Notes under the pieces: generated by a model
Told to the model about the DNA's origin: nothing
The model's input: the letters and a program-made list of their open reading frames with translations, nothing else
The model's database searches: none
Part shown: piece by piece, positions 16,565-25,252 of the stretch
How the letters are laid out: each line of letters begins with the position of its first letter
How positions within the stretch are numbered: position 1 is the first letter of the stretch
IMG/VR virus record: IMGVR_UViG_3300046671_000016
Span: 1 to 46,973 of that record
Reading direction: 5' to 3' (one strand)
Source of the DNA: a virus
Lineage: Duplodnaviria; Caudoviricetes
Length of the DNA stretch: 46,973 nucleotides
Program-made: the position numbers and the translations under genes

Positions 16565-19012
16565 ATGGCAACCGACGCTGAGTTGGAGGTTCTTCGTCAC
16601 TCCGTTGATCTGGTTTCTTATATTTCTCAGCATGTCCAACTAACGAAGCGCGGCAACGAATATCGTGGACTCTGTATTTTCCACGATGACCATACGCCCA
16701 GCCTCAACGTAGTTCCCAGCCGACAAATATGGAACTGTTTTTCATGTAATGAACATCTAGTCCACGGATCCGACGTATTCGGCTTCGTGCGCTCATTGTA
16801 CGGCTGCACCTTCCCCGAAGCCGTGCTCAAGCTTCAGAACGGGAACGGCGCTGGCGATGCGAAGCCGATCATCCGTCCTCCGCTGAAGAAGCGCCCGCCT
16901 CATGAATTGCTGGTTCCGCCCGAAGGCTCGATGCCGGACATGGAACGCGGCGACATGGGCAAGCCGCTCAAGTATTGGACGATCACCACGCTTGACGGGC
17001 GACCGTTCATGTACGAAGCCCGATACGTCGCGCTGTCGGGGCCGACGAAGGAAACTCGGCCCTTCAGCTACGGGCGCTACTCGCCTTCCGATCCGCCGCG
17101 CTGGGAGTGCCGCTGGCCGGAGAAGGATCGGCCCTTCTACGGCCTGGATCAGCTCGGAGCGCGCCCGAACGATCAGGTCATGATCCACGAGGCGGCGAAG
17201 AAGGCCGAGGCTGCGGCGGAGCTATTCCCGCGCTTGGTGCATCTGGGCTTCGTCGGCGGCTGCAACGCGGTGGCGAATACGGACTTGAGCGTGCTGAAGG
17301 GCAGGCGGCTGGTGATGCTGCCGGACAATGACCGAGTGGGCGTCGAGGCCATGCAGGGTCTGTGCAGGCTCGCTATGGCGATCGGGGCGAAGCAGGTTAG
17401 TATGATCGACCCCAGCACGCAGCCGGACGGCTCACCATCGCCCGAGGGCTGGGATGTCGCCGATGCCACCGACTGGACTCCCGTCATTGCCCTCGCGTGG
17501 GCGAAGGCGAGGAAGAAGGACCCTCAAAATATTCCAAGAAATATTCCAAATGCTGCGCCGCAGGTTCCGGACGGAACCGACACGAGGAGGCGAACCGACA
17601 CGCGCCCTGCGGATTCTGCTGGCGCAGCTCCCAACGCGGCCCCTGAGCCCGGCCCGGTAAACCCCTCCGTCGCGCCCGCGACACCGGAACCGGCTCAGGA
17701 GGCTGCTCCAGACAAGTCAGAACGCGCCCAGCCGCATCCGAAGGGCAACGGCGGCGCAATGCCATTAGTCACCGCCCAGCCGCTCACTTGGGACGGCCTG
17801 AACCTCATTCTAGGCAGCAAGGGCGAGATCAAGGCCTGCGAGCACAACGCGAAGGAACTGATGGCCGGCGCCAAGCAGTATGACTGTCTACATTTCGACA
17901 AATTCCTCTACCGCACCCGTCTTGGCGAGCGCGACTGGTCCGATGCCGATGACCGGGACGCTGTGGTGTGGCTGCAGTCGGCACACCGGGTATCGGGCTT
18001 CACCCTGAACCAGGCCCGCACTGCAGCGATGGCGCTAGCCCATGCGAGGCAGCACGATTCGCTTTTCGAGTTCGTGATGGGGCTGCCAGAGTGGGACGGA
18101 GTGCCTCGGATCGAGACGGCCTTCATTGAGGCTTGGGGCACGCCTGACACTTTGCTGACGCGGGCCGCGAGCCGCAACTTTTTCATCGCCCTACACGCGA
18201 GGGCGGTCAAGCCGGGGGCGCAGGTTGATAACCTTTGGGCTATCGAGGGGCCGCAGGGGAAGCTTAAGTCGGCTTCTTTACGCGCGCTGGGTGAGCACTT
18301 CCACGCGGAGATCACGGCGCAGATAGGAACCGCTGACTTCCTCCGGGAGCTGCGCGGAATATGGATCGCCGAGCTGTCTGAGCTCGATTCACTGCGTGGA
18401 CGTGAGGCTTCGACAGTGAAGCGCTTACTCTCAGCGCCTTCGGATCGCTTTGTAGAGAAGTTCGAGAAGCACGCCACGGCCTATCCACGGCGCGCGGTGG
18501 CGGTGGCCACCACGAACGAAGCCACCTACTGGCAGGACTCAACCGGTGCACGCCGCCTCATCCCTGTTTCGGTGCGCGATATCCGCCTGGATCTGATCGT
18601 CGCGAACCGCCTGCACTGGTTTGCCGAGGCGCGCCACGCCTATCAGACCGGAGCCGAGTGGTGGAGATTCCCCGACAGCGCGGCCCTAGAGCAAGAAGAG
18701 CGGCAGGCCGTAGATCCGTGGGAGGATACACTCAAAGACGCCATCCAGAACGGGCAGCAGGACCAGGATGGCTATGCGCGACCGTGGCCGACTGGCTGGG
18801 TGGCTTCGGCCATCATCTTACGCGACTGGCTGCGGGTGGCGCCCTCGATGCAGGGCAAGGCATCCAGTTCGCGACTGGGGCACGTCATGCGACGGCTGGG
18901 ATTCGAGCCGAGGCGCAACAATACCGGGGAAGAGCGCGGCTGGGCTCCTATCGGCTGGCGTTGGGGCGACGATGAACCAAACGAGCTGCCCAGCGAGCCC
19001 AGCGACAAATAG
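16565..19012 (+). CDS. Primase-helicase: CHC2 zinc finger + Toprim-like domain + VirE/VapE P-loop domain
   Basis: GLCIFHDDHTPS...WNCFSC; HEAAKKA, PDND..G, GWDVAD; WDGVPRI, EGPQGKLKS (Walker A-like), ELSELD, ATTN...DSTGARR. Confidence 0.88.
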   Translation: MATDAELEVLRHSVDLVSYISQHVQLTKRGNEYRGLCIFHDDHTPSLNVVPSRQIWNCFSCNEHLVHGSDVFGFVRSLYGCTFPEAVLKLQNGNGAGDAKPIIRPPLKKRPPHELLVPPEGSMPDMERGDMGKPLKYWTITTLDGRPFMYEARYVALSGPTKETRPFSYGRYSPSDPPRWECRWPEKDRPFYGLDQLGARPNDQVMIHEAAKKAEAAAELFPRLVHLGFVGGCNAVANTDLSVLKGRRLVMLPDNDRVGVEAMQGLCRLAMAIGAKQVSMIDPSTQPDGSPSPEGWDVADATDWTPVIALAWAKARKKDPQNIPRNIPNAAPQVPDGTDTRRRTDTRPADSAGAAPNAAPEPGPVNPSVAPATPEPAQEAAPDKSERAQPHPKGNGGAMPLVTAQPLTWDGLNLILGSKGEIKACEHNAKELMAGAKQYDCLHFDKFLYRTRLGERDWSDADDRDAVVWLQSAHRVSGFTLNQARTAAMALAHARQHDSLFEFVMGLPEWDGVPRIETAFIEAWGTPDTLLTRAASRNFFIALHARAVKPGAQVDNLWAIEGPQGKLKSASLRALGEHFHAEITAQIGTADFLRELRGIWIAELSELDSLRGREASTVKRLLSAPSDRFVEKFEKHATAYPRRAVAVATTNEATYWQDSTGARRLIPVSVRDIRLDLIVANRLHWFAEARHAYQTGAEWWRFPDSAALEQEERQAVDPWEDTLKDAIQNGQQDQDGYARPWPTGWVASAIILRDWLRVAPSMQGKASSSRLGHVMRRLGFEPRRNNTGEERGWAPIGWRWGDDEPNELPSEPSDK

Positions 19013-19060
19013 GGTCGAGCAGCCGCCACGCGAGCCAATACGCGCTCAAGCGCAGCAGCC

Positions 19061-19591
19061 TCACGCGCCCCTCACCTTCGAGAGCGCGGCGCGGGCAGCT
19101 TGGGCGATCTGACTGTTCTGCGTGCCGCCAGGAAGTTTACCTTGTGCAATGGCCAAATCGAAGGCATTCGTTAGGGACAATAGCGCCTCCACCAGTTCTT
19201 TCTCGCGCGCCCGGAGCTGGTCGATTAGCTGAAGGTGATCGCGCAGGCCAGCTCCAGCCATTTCCACCGCATCATCAGGGACGCCTTCTAGGGCGTTGAC
19301 GCAGGCCACGATCCGGCGGGCGTTAATGACGTGCAAAGGAAGCGTCCCAGGCCACCAAAGTGAGAATGTTTTGCCTATTTCAACTGAGCTCTGCCCGCAG
19401 ATGCTGGAAAAGCCTTCTCCGCCGCCAGTATTCCCGATTGAAAAACCATTACCTCCGCCGCCGTTGATGCTCCACGGCCCCTTCGTATGCTCGCCCGCGC
19501 GGGGCTTCACGTTAGCGGGTGGTTCTATTCCTGTGGGGTTGAGTGCCATTTTGTCCTCGAAGCTCAATTCGTGTTTAGCTGGCATCGTCAT
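19061..19591 (-). CDS. Hypothetical phage protein (HTxGPW / NARRIVACVNA family)
   Basis: CAGGAG RBS; recognisable motifs. Confidence 0.7.
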   Translation of the reverse strand: MTMPAKHELSFEDKMALNPTGIEPPANVKPRAGEHTKGPWSINGGGGNGFSIGNTGGGEGFSSICGQSSVEIGKTFSLWWPGTLPLHVINARRIVACVNALEGVPDDAVEMAGAGLRDHLQLIDQLRAREKELVEALLSLTNAFDLAIAQGKLPGGTQNSQIAQAARAALSKVRGA

Positions 19592-19610
19592 CTCCTGTCG
19601 GTCGAGCGGG

Positions 19611-20012
19611 TTAGGCGCAGCACGCTACGCCGCGCGTGTAGTTGTGATCTGGCAGCGGCTCGTTGCTCACGTACAGAGCGCAGCCGCGCGGATCGGTCTG
19701 GTGGTAGAAGTGCAGGCCGTGCGCATCGCATATCGCCTTGACGCGGCGCAGGGCTCCGGCTTCGCGGTCAGCCACACGGTAGCGGCGCATCTCGCCCTTG
19801 TACGGGTAGACACACTTGTAGGGAACGCCGGTCTGTTCGTCGCGCTCGATTGCCCAAGAGCAGTGATCGTTCCCGTCGCCGCACTCCATCTCGCCCCACC
19901 GCTGCAGCGTCAGTTCAGCGCGCCGCAGCGTGTTCGCCTCATCGAAGCTCAACGAGATACCGCGAGCGCCCAGTTGCTGCATGAGTCCGTAGGTTGCTTG
20001 TCTGGCTGTCAT
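19611..20012 (-). CDS. Conserved hypothetical phage protein (DPRGCALY motif)
   Basis: AAGGAGG RBS; ECG.G...ERDE.TG.P...DRE.GA..R...QTDPRGCALY. Confidence 0.75.
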   Translation of the reverse strand: MTARQATYGLMQQLGARGISLSFDEANTLRRAELTLQRWGEMECGDGNDHCSWAIERDEQTGVPYKCVYPYKGEMRRYRVADREAGALRRVKAICDAHGLHFYHQTDPRGCALYVSNEPLPDHNYTRGVACCA

Positions 20013-20030
20013 GGTGATGCCTCCTTGCTG

Positions 20031-20264
20031 TTATCTTCCATCCCCGGGAGCGCCGGGTGCGCTTTTAGCCTTTGCCGCGAGTTTGCGTATTACGTACCAG
20101 TTGATCGACTGCGAGTTAAACCCGCCGGTCAATTCCCTTGTGGTCGCGCTGAATATCGTCGCGCCTTGCTTGGGCTGCTCCGCGCGGATGGCCTCAAGCT
20201 TCGCGCGGCAGTCAACTGGGCTAAGGTGCCGAATCTTTTGTCCGAGTGTTGCGCGCCAGTTCAT
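20031..20264 (-). CDS. Hypothetical protein
   Basis: GGAGGG RBS. Confidence 0.6.
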   Translation of the reverse strand: MNWRATLGQKIRHLSPVDCRAKLEAIRAEQPKQGATIFSATTRELTGGFNSQSINWYVIRKLAAKAKSAPGAPGDGR

Positions 20265-20285
20265 GATCCCTCCGTTGTTGGAATG

Positions 20286-20516
20286 CTAGGGCTGCGGCCA
20301 CTTGCAGCCGTTGTCTTCCCAAATACCCTCATCGCGCTTTTGCTGCAAAGCCTCCTCCCGCATCGCCACCGCATCCTTGCCGGCGGCCAGCATGCGCGTC
20401 CAATAGTCCGGAGCGGTGCGGTCTGACCCGACGTTCTCAGCATCCACGCAAGGATCTGAAAGCGGCTCGCTCCGTACCCAGTCGTAGTATTGTTGCTCGG
20501 TGATCTGTTTGGTCAT
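20286..20516 (-). CDS. Hypothetical protein, first gene of the second leftward operon
   Basis: ORF track; lies just downstream of the sigma-54-type motif. Confidence 0.55.
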   Translation of the reverse strand: MTKQITEQQYYDWVRSEPLSDPCVDAENVGSDRTAPDYWTRMLAAGKDAVAMREEALQQKRDEGIWEDNGCKWPQP

Positions 20517-20530
20517 GGTGAGCTAGTACA

Positions 20531-20546
20531 CGCAAGCACCGTGCCA
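20531..20546 (-). promoter_or_regulatory. Consensus sigma-54 (-24/-12) promoter TGGCACG-GTGC-TTGC
   Basis: Exact match to TGGCACG-N4-TTGC; intergenic and oriented toward the leftward operon. Confidence 0.6.
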
Positions 20547-20634
20547 CCACCCTCACCCAGTAGCGCATTGCACCGCAGCACACCAAACTGACGCCCAGCG
20601 TCACTTCTGGACGCAATTTGCGGCTCGCACACCA

Positions 20635-20911
20635 TGACACAGACACCTAGACAGCCAACAAACAGCGAGGTGTCAGAGGAGGTGTCAGCCTATGATTCTG
20701 ACTCCTCTGACACCTATATATATATATATCCATATATACTACGCACGCATCACGCGCATGTATGTCTACGGCAAACCCTCTTTTTAGGTGGCGGAGGTGT
20801 CAGTAGCGCTGATTCGCGTGCTAGATCATGGGCTTGGAACCTGACACCTCACGAAAAGCAGGTGTCAGTAGCCTATTTTAGGTGTCGGGAAGGCTTCGGA
20901 AGCGATGTCAG
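20635..20911. repeat. Iteron-like AGGTGTCAG array around a (TA)n tract: candidate replication origin
   Basis: Perfect copies at 20668, 20680, 20795, 20860 (+) and 20707, 20841 (-); degenerate copies at 20642, 20698, 20786, 20880; TA tract at 20715-20729. Confidence 0.75.
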
Positions 20912-21237
20912 CGGCTCCGATCCAGTCCTCGCCCTGTGCGCAAGTCGGGGGATAACCTGTGCACGTCAGGCTGACAATGGGCGATCTAGGGAAATAATGT
21001 CAGGCTTGGAGGCTAAGCCGCTGATTGCGTGCGCATATCATGCTCGTTTGTCGCATACGTGTATTGTGTTAAATGGCAAAGATGCTCAGCGATGGTGCAA
21101 AACGATGATCTAGAGCCAATGCGCCAGGCGAAAGCATGCTTGATCAGAACTCGCAAGACAATCGCAGCCGGAGGCTCGGCTGGCGGGCGGCTATGGCACT
21201 CCACCCCTCTCCGCTTTGCTTTTGTTTTTCCAAAAAT

Positions 21238-21266
21238 TTGACATTTCCATGTAACGGGAGTAAGTG
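21238..21266 (+). promoter_or_regulatory. Putative late promoter TTGACA-N17-TAAGTG
   Basis: Perfect -35 and weak -10; AT-rich upstream tract; lies at the head of the packaging/structural operon. Confidence 0.45.
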
Positions 21267-21271
21267 ATGGC

Positions 21272-21517
21272 ATGCCTTATGAACTAGGCCCTGGGATGCC
21301 TTTGCGGATGGAGCCGAGCGTTGGTTCCGGTGGTGAGCCGCTGGGGCTTCGGATGGACTCTGGGTTGGGCGGGCAGAATGCACCGTCGATACCCCCTGCG
21401 TGGTTTCTGATGCTGGAGGAATACCTGCGAAGGCACGGGAGCGGAGGGGTGGCTGATCGCGCTCCGGTTGCGCCTCCGATTGGGGTGCCGAGCGGGATGG
21501 TTGGGGTACGGGGATGA
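21272..21517 (+). CDS. Gly/Pro-rich hypothetical protein
   Basis: Fills the gap between the promoter and terS; GGGAG upstream. Confidence 0.4.
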   Translation: MPYELGPGMPLRMEPSVGSGGEPLGLRMDSGLGGQNAPSIPPAWFLMLEEYLRRHGSGGVADRAPVAPPIGVPSGMVGVRG

Positions 21518-21521
21518 TGCC

Positions 21522-22025
21522 ATGACCCAGGAGGTGCAGGGTGATCGGATTGCGCGGCTGGTGGCGTGGCAGGACGCGGTACAGACGGACGAGGGGCGTG
21601 AGGAGTTTTTGCAGAAGTGTTCGAAAGCGCGGTCGGTGGATGCGGTGTGTACGGAGATGGATCTGCCGAGGGACAGGGTAGTGGCGTTTCTGGCGATGCA
21701 TGCGGAGCTAGATGGGGCGGCGAAGCGGGCGCTGGAGTCGTATGCACATGCGCGGATGAGCGAGATTATCGAGATTGTGGACCGGGACTCGCCGTATGTG
21801 CAGCGGGACCGGTTGCGTATGAATGGGCGGGCGCTGCTCGCGCAGTTCTACGCTCCGAGGACGTATGCTCCGAGGCAAGAGGTGACGCACGAGCTGGGGC
21901 AGAGCTTTACGGAGGCGCTCTTGGAGATCAGCCGGAGAAGGATGCTGGAGAGGCCGATAGAGACACAGCCAACGGCGCGGGTGATTGATGTAACGCCGGA
22001 GCAGGCTGATGAGGGGGAAATTTGA
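21522..22025 (+). CDS. terS: Terminase small subunit (Sf6/P22-group-like)
   Basis: N-terminal HTH-like region; A..EIIEIVD...VQRDRLR...A....P.TY; upstream of terL. Confidence 0.75.
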   Translation: MTQEVQGDRIARLVAWQDAVQTDEGREEFLQKCSKARSVDAVCTEMDLPRDRVVAFLAMHAELDGAAKRALESYAHARMSEIIEIVDRDSPYVQRDRLRMNGRALLAQFYAPRTYAPRQEVTHELGQSFTEALLEISRRRMLERPIETQPTARVIDVTPEQADEGEI

Positions 22026-22534
22026 CTGCATACAGTAAAATTTGCGCGCTATGTAAAAAACAAAAACATTTATCTGAATTTCATAATCACCCATACTCCA
22101 AAGATCTAAAACAATGTCGGTGTAAGGAGTGCGCGTGCGGAGTGGCTAGGCTTTACTACAGAAAGAATAAGGGAAGGTGCGCGTTGAATATGGTCCGCTG
22201 GAGAACAGACAACCCAGTTAAGAACGCCGGTTACAAGAGACTCTGGAAGAAGAAAAACCGGTCAAAGTTAAACGCGTCTTTGTGGAAGTATCGTGCTGCA
22301 AAATTACGCGCGAACGTGAATTGGGCCAATGAATTCTTCATTAGAGAAATTTATGACTTAGCTCAACTTCGCTCGAAAGCTACTGGAATCAAATGGCATG
22401 TAGACCACATAGTTCCATTAAAGTCAAAGATAGTATGCGGCCTTCATGTGGAGAATAATCTCCAAGTTATACCGGCTATCGCGAACGTTCTCAAAAGCAA
22501 TAAGAGTTGGCCCCATATGCCCGGAGCCATCTAG
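22022..22534 (+). CDS. Free-standing HNH endonuclease with N-terminal Zn finger
   Basis: KICALC...CKEC; WHVDHIVPL...VCGLHVENNLQVI...N..KSN; AT-rich relative to its flanks. Confidence 0.9.
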   Translation: MTAYSKICALCKKQKHLSEFHNHPYSKDLKQCRCKECACGVARLYYRKNKGRCALNMVRWRTDNPVKNAGYKRLWKKKNRSKLNASLWKYRAAKLRANVNWANEFFIREIYDLAQLRSKATGIKWHVDHIVPLKSKIVCGLHVENNLQVIPAIANVLKSNKSWPHMPGAI

Positions 22535-23940
22535 TGCCTGACCACGCTGCGCTGAGCCCGGAACTGAAGGCGCTCATCGCTGGGTGGTATTCCGACCCGG
22601 ATCAGTTCGACCGCGACGTATGGTCATCGCCCGGCGATGCTCCGGAGAAGTGGCAGAGCGAGGCGTCGCGGTTGGTCGCATCTAACGACAGGGTGGCGAT
22701 CCGGTCGGGGCACGGTGTGGGCAAGACCGCGTGGCTTGCGCGGCGCATTATATGGTGGGGCTCGACCCGCTACCCGTGGAAGGTAGGGGTGACGGCACCG
22801 TCGAGCAGTCAGATGTACGACGCCCTGTGGTCGGAGCTGGCGAAGTGGCACTCCAAGATGCCGCCGGGGTTAAGAGCGTGCTTCGAGTGGAAGACCGAGC
22901 GGTTCGAGTGGGCGGAGGAGCCGCATGTGTCCTTCGCCTCGGCCAAGACCGCCCGCCGGGAGACCCCGGAAGCTTTAGCCGGGCTGCACTCGGAGAACAT
23001 GCTTTTCGTCATCGACGAGGCTCCTGGGGTGGATGACATCATTTTCGAGACAGCGCGGGGCGCGATGAGCACCCTCGGGGCGCAGACCATCATGACCGGG
23101 AACCCGACCCGCCTGTCGGGGTACTTCTTCGAGGCGTTCCACAAGAATCGCAAACACTGGGCGACGATGAAGGTCGCCTGCTTTGACTCCACCCGTACCA
23201 ACTGGAAGGAGATCGAGCAATGGAAGGAAGAATATGGTGAGGATTCAAATTTCTTCCGCGTCAGAGCGCTGGGAGAATTTCCCGATTCGGAAGACGGGGT
23301 CATTATCCCTCTGTATCTCGTGGAGGCCGCTGTCAAGCGGGACGTGGAGCAGGTTCCGAGTGAGGAAGTCTGGGGACTGGACGTGTCTGGAGCTGGGTCC
23401 GATCAGTGTGCTCTGGCTAAAAGGCGTGGAAACATAATGCCCGAGGCCATTCGGGTCTGGAAGTCAGACGATACGATGGTGACGGTCGGCAAGGTCATGG
23501 CCGAGTATCAGGCGGCGAAGGTGAAACCGGCGCAGATCTGCGTGGATTCGAACGGCATCGGGGCCGGGGTCGCCCACCGCCTCTCGGAGCTACAGATTCC
23601 CGTCCAGTGCATCAACGTGAGCGAGTCGCACTCATCCAACGACCGCTACCTTCGCATGCGGGACGAGATGTGGGAGCGGGCCCGCGACTGGTTCTACGCG
23701 AAGGACTGCAAAATTCAGGACGACGCCGCCTTCATCGGCGAGATCACCCGCATCAAGTGGGGACTGACATCGAACGGCAAGATGACGGTGATGAAGAAAT
23801 ACGACATGAAACTCGCCCCGCCTCGCGGGATCGGCAAGTCCCCTGACCGCTCGGAAGCGTTCTGCTTCACCTTTATGGCCGGAGCGGGCATCATCGGCAA
23901 GGCGAAACCGATCAAGTACAGGAGCATGGGCTATGCGTGA
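22534..23940 (+). CDS. terL: Terminase large subunit
   Basis: Walker A RSGHGVGKT, Walker B FVIDEA, motif C TGNPT, RuvC-like GLDVS...D and KSPD; start revised to GTG 22534. Confidence 0.95.
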   Translation: MPDHAALSPELKALIAGWYSDPDQFDRDVWSSPGDAPEKWQSEASRLVASNDRVAIRSGHGVGKTAWLARRIIWWGSTRYPWKVGVTAPSSSQMYDALWSELAKWHSKMPPGLRACFEWKTERFEWAEEPHVSFASAKTARRETPEALAGLHSENMLFVIDEAPGVDDIIFETARGAMSTLGAQTIMTGNPTRLSGYFFEAFHKNRKHWATMKVACFDSTRTNWKEIEQWKEEYGEDSNFFRVRALGEFPDSEDGVIIPLYLVEAAVKRDVEQVPSEEVWGLDVSGAGSDQCALAKRRGNIMPEAIRVWKSDDTMVTVGKVMAEYQAAKVKPAQICVDSNGIGAGVAHRLSELQIPVQCINVSESHSSNDRYLRMRDEMWERARDWFYAKDCKIQDDAAFIGEITRIKWGLTSNGKMTVMKKYDMKLAPPRGIGKSPDRSEAFCFTFMAGAGIIGKAKPIKYRSMGYA

Positions 23941-24097
23941 CAGCGAGCGGGCCTACGAGATCGTGCAGAAGCTTAAGGAAATCTGCCGCGAGGCGCAGTC
24001 GCCAGAGGAAGCGGTCGAGAAGGCTGCCGAACTGGGTTGCGACCGGGAGTTGCTGGAACAACTCTCATCCTACCGGGCGCGCTTCCATGCCCAGTAA
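23933..24097 (+). CDS. 54-aa hypothetical protein (not in the ORF track)
   Basis: AGGAG RBS; MRDSERAYEIVQKLKEIC...FHAQ overlaps both neighbours. Confidence 0.5.
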   Translation: MRDSERAYEIVQKLKEICREAQSPEEAVEKAAELGCDRELLEQLSSYRARFHAQ

Positions 24098-24293
24098 AAC
24101 ACCCAAGCAGGCGCGCTTCATGGCGGCGGTCGCGCACAACCCGCAATTCGCCCGCAAGGTCGGTGTGCCGCAGTCCGTGGGCGAGGACTTCAACGCCGCC
24201 GACGAAGCCGCCGGCCCGCTCTCCAAACTGATGTCCAACCCGAAGCGCCGCAAAAAGCGCATAATCGGCCCGCTTTCGAACGGACCCGCGTAA
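24087..24293 (+). CDS. Conserved small phage protein (MPSK...MAAVAHNP.FA.KVG.PQSVG.DF)
   Basis: Motif I recognise from phage head regions; start revised to ATG 24087. Confidence 0.75.
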   Translation: MPSKTPKQARFMAAVAHNPQFARKVGVPQSVGEDFNAADEAAGPLSKLMSNPKRRKKRIIGPLSNGPA

Positions 24294-24309
24294 AGGCAAA
24301 GGAACCGCT

Positions 24310-24636
24310 ATGTCGCAAAGTCTTCAAGGCATTACCCCGGTTATCCAGGGACCGTTCGAATACGAAACGGTCGCCGTGTCGCAAACCGGGCAGGTGCTGG
24401 GTGTCACAGGAGGGGCGGGCGATTACCTTGAGTCCCTTGTGTTGCAGAACATCACCGTTGCCACCGCTTCCGTAACTCTGCTGGACGGCACGACTTCGAT
24501 CGTCCTGCAGACTGGCGCGGCGGCGCTTCCAACTGGCGTGGTCACGATCCCGCTCAAGCTGCGGTCAGTTAACGGCGCATGGAGCATCACCACAGGCGCG
24601 GGTGCTACGGTTATCGCCATCGGCAAGTTCACATAG
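24310..24636 (+). CDS. Small beta-rich putative structural protein
   Basis: AAGGA RBS; Thr/Gly/Val-rich. Confidence 0.7.
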   Translation: MSQSLQGITPVIQGPFEYETVAVSQTGQVLGVTGGAGDYLESLVLQNITVATASVTLLDGTTSIVLQTGAAALPTGVVTIPLKLRSVNGAWSITTGAGATVIAIGKFT

Positions 24637-24645
24637 GAGAGAGTT

Positions 24646-24885
24646 ATGTTCAACGGGAAAATGAAATCCAGTCTCACCGGGTACGTTACCGGAGTGGGCC
24701 GCGCCGTGGGCAATCTGCAAAAGCCCAAGACGGCCTACATGATGCCGCCCAAAAACTCACAGAACCGCGAGGGCAATGGAACGGTCAAGAAAACCGCTCC
24801 TGTGACGCCAAAGCCCGCCACCGCACTGCCGACACCGCGTGGGCGCAAGAGCCTCAAAAGCTTCGGACGCTTGGGGACGACATGA
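24646..24885 (+). CDS. Basic Lys/Pro-rich hypothetical protein
   Basis: AGGAG RBS. Confidence 0.6.
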   Translation: MFNGKMKSSLTGYVTGVGRAVGNLQKPKTAYMMPPKNSQNREGNGTVKKTAPVTPKPATALPTPRGRKSLKSFGRLGTT

Positions 24886-25076
24886 ACTCAGGGAACGAAA
24901 AGATTCTCGCAGACTACCTGCAGCGGCACGAGGGAGACATCGCCGCCGGGATAGACGACTTTGCCGACCTACGCGGCATTTTTATCGAAGTGTTCAACCG
25001 CAAGCCGGACGCCAAGATAGAAGACCAAACTGTTCCAGGCTTCGCCGCCAGCGCCTTGTTTCGGGGATTTAAATGA
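24882..25076 (+). CDS. Hypothetical protein
   Basis: ATGA overlaps at both ends. Confidence 0.55.
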   Translation: MNSGNEKILADYLQRHEGDIAAGIDDFADLRGIFIEVFNRKPDAKIEDQTVPGFAASALFRGFK

Positions 25077-25252
25077 GCATCGCCACAGACGCCAAAGTGC
25101 GCGAGCTTGAAAAGCGCGTGATCGAACTCGAAAAAACGATCAGCGAGCAAGGGGGGCGAATTATTATGCTTGAAATGGGAACGTCACCATCTGAGCGTCG
25201 TAAGGTCGCAGAAAAAATAATGACCAAAGCGAGAGAACTGACCGACATCTGA
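25073..25252 (+). CDS. 59-aa coiled-coil protein (not in the ORF track)
   Basis: MSIATDAKVRELEKRVIELEK...; TGATG overlap with the portal gene. Confidence 0.6.
   Translation: MSIATDAKVRELEKRVIELEKTISEQGGRIIMLEMGTSPSERRKVAEKIMTKARELTDI

Noticed and set aside
17527-17551. AAATATTCCAA direct repeat inside the primase-helicase gene
   Set aside because: Only two copies in a disordered linker (QNIPRNIPN); insufficient for an internal origin call
19296-20426. 376-aa plus-strand ORF
   Set aside because: Antisense shadow of four minus-strand genes, three of which have good RBSs and two of which have recognisable phage motifs
20635-20911. CRISPR array
   Set aside because: Repeats are only 9-13 nt, in both orientations and irregularly spaced; no cas genes
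20634-21113. 159-aa ORF over the repeat array
   Set aside because: The translation simply reflects the iterons and the TA tract (SEVSEEVS, YIYIYPYI); no RBS; the region is more plausibly non-coding
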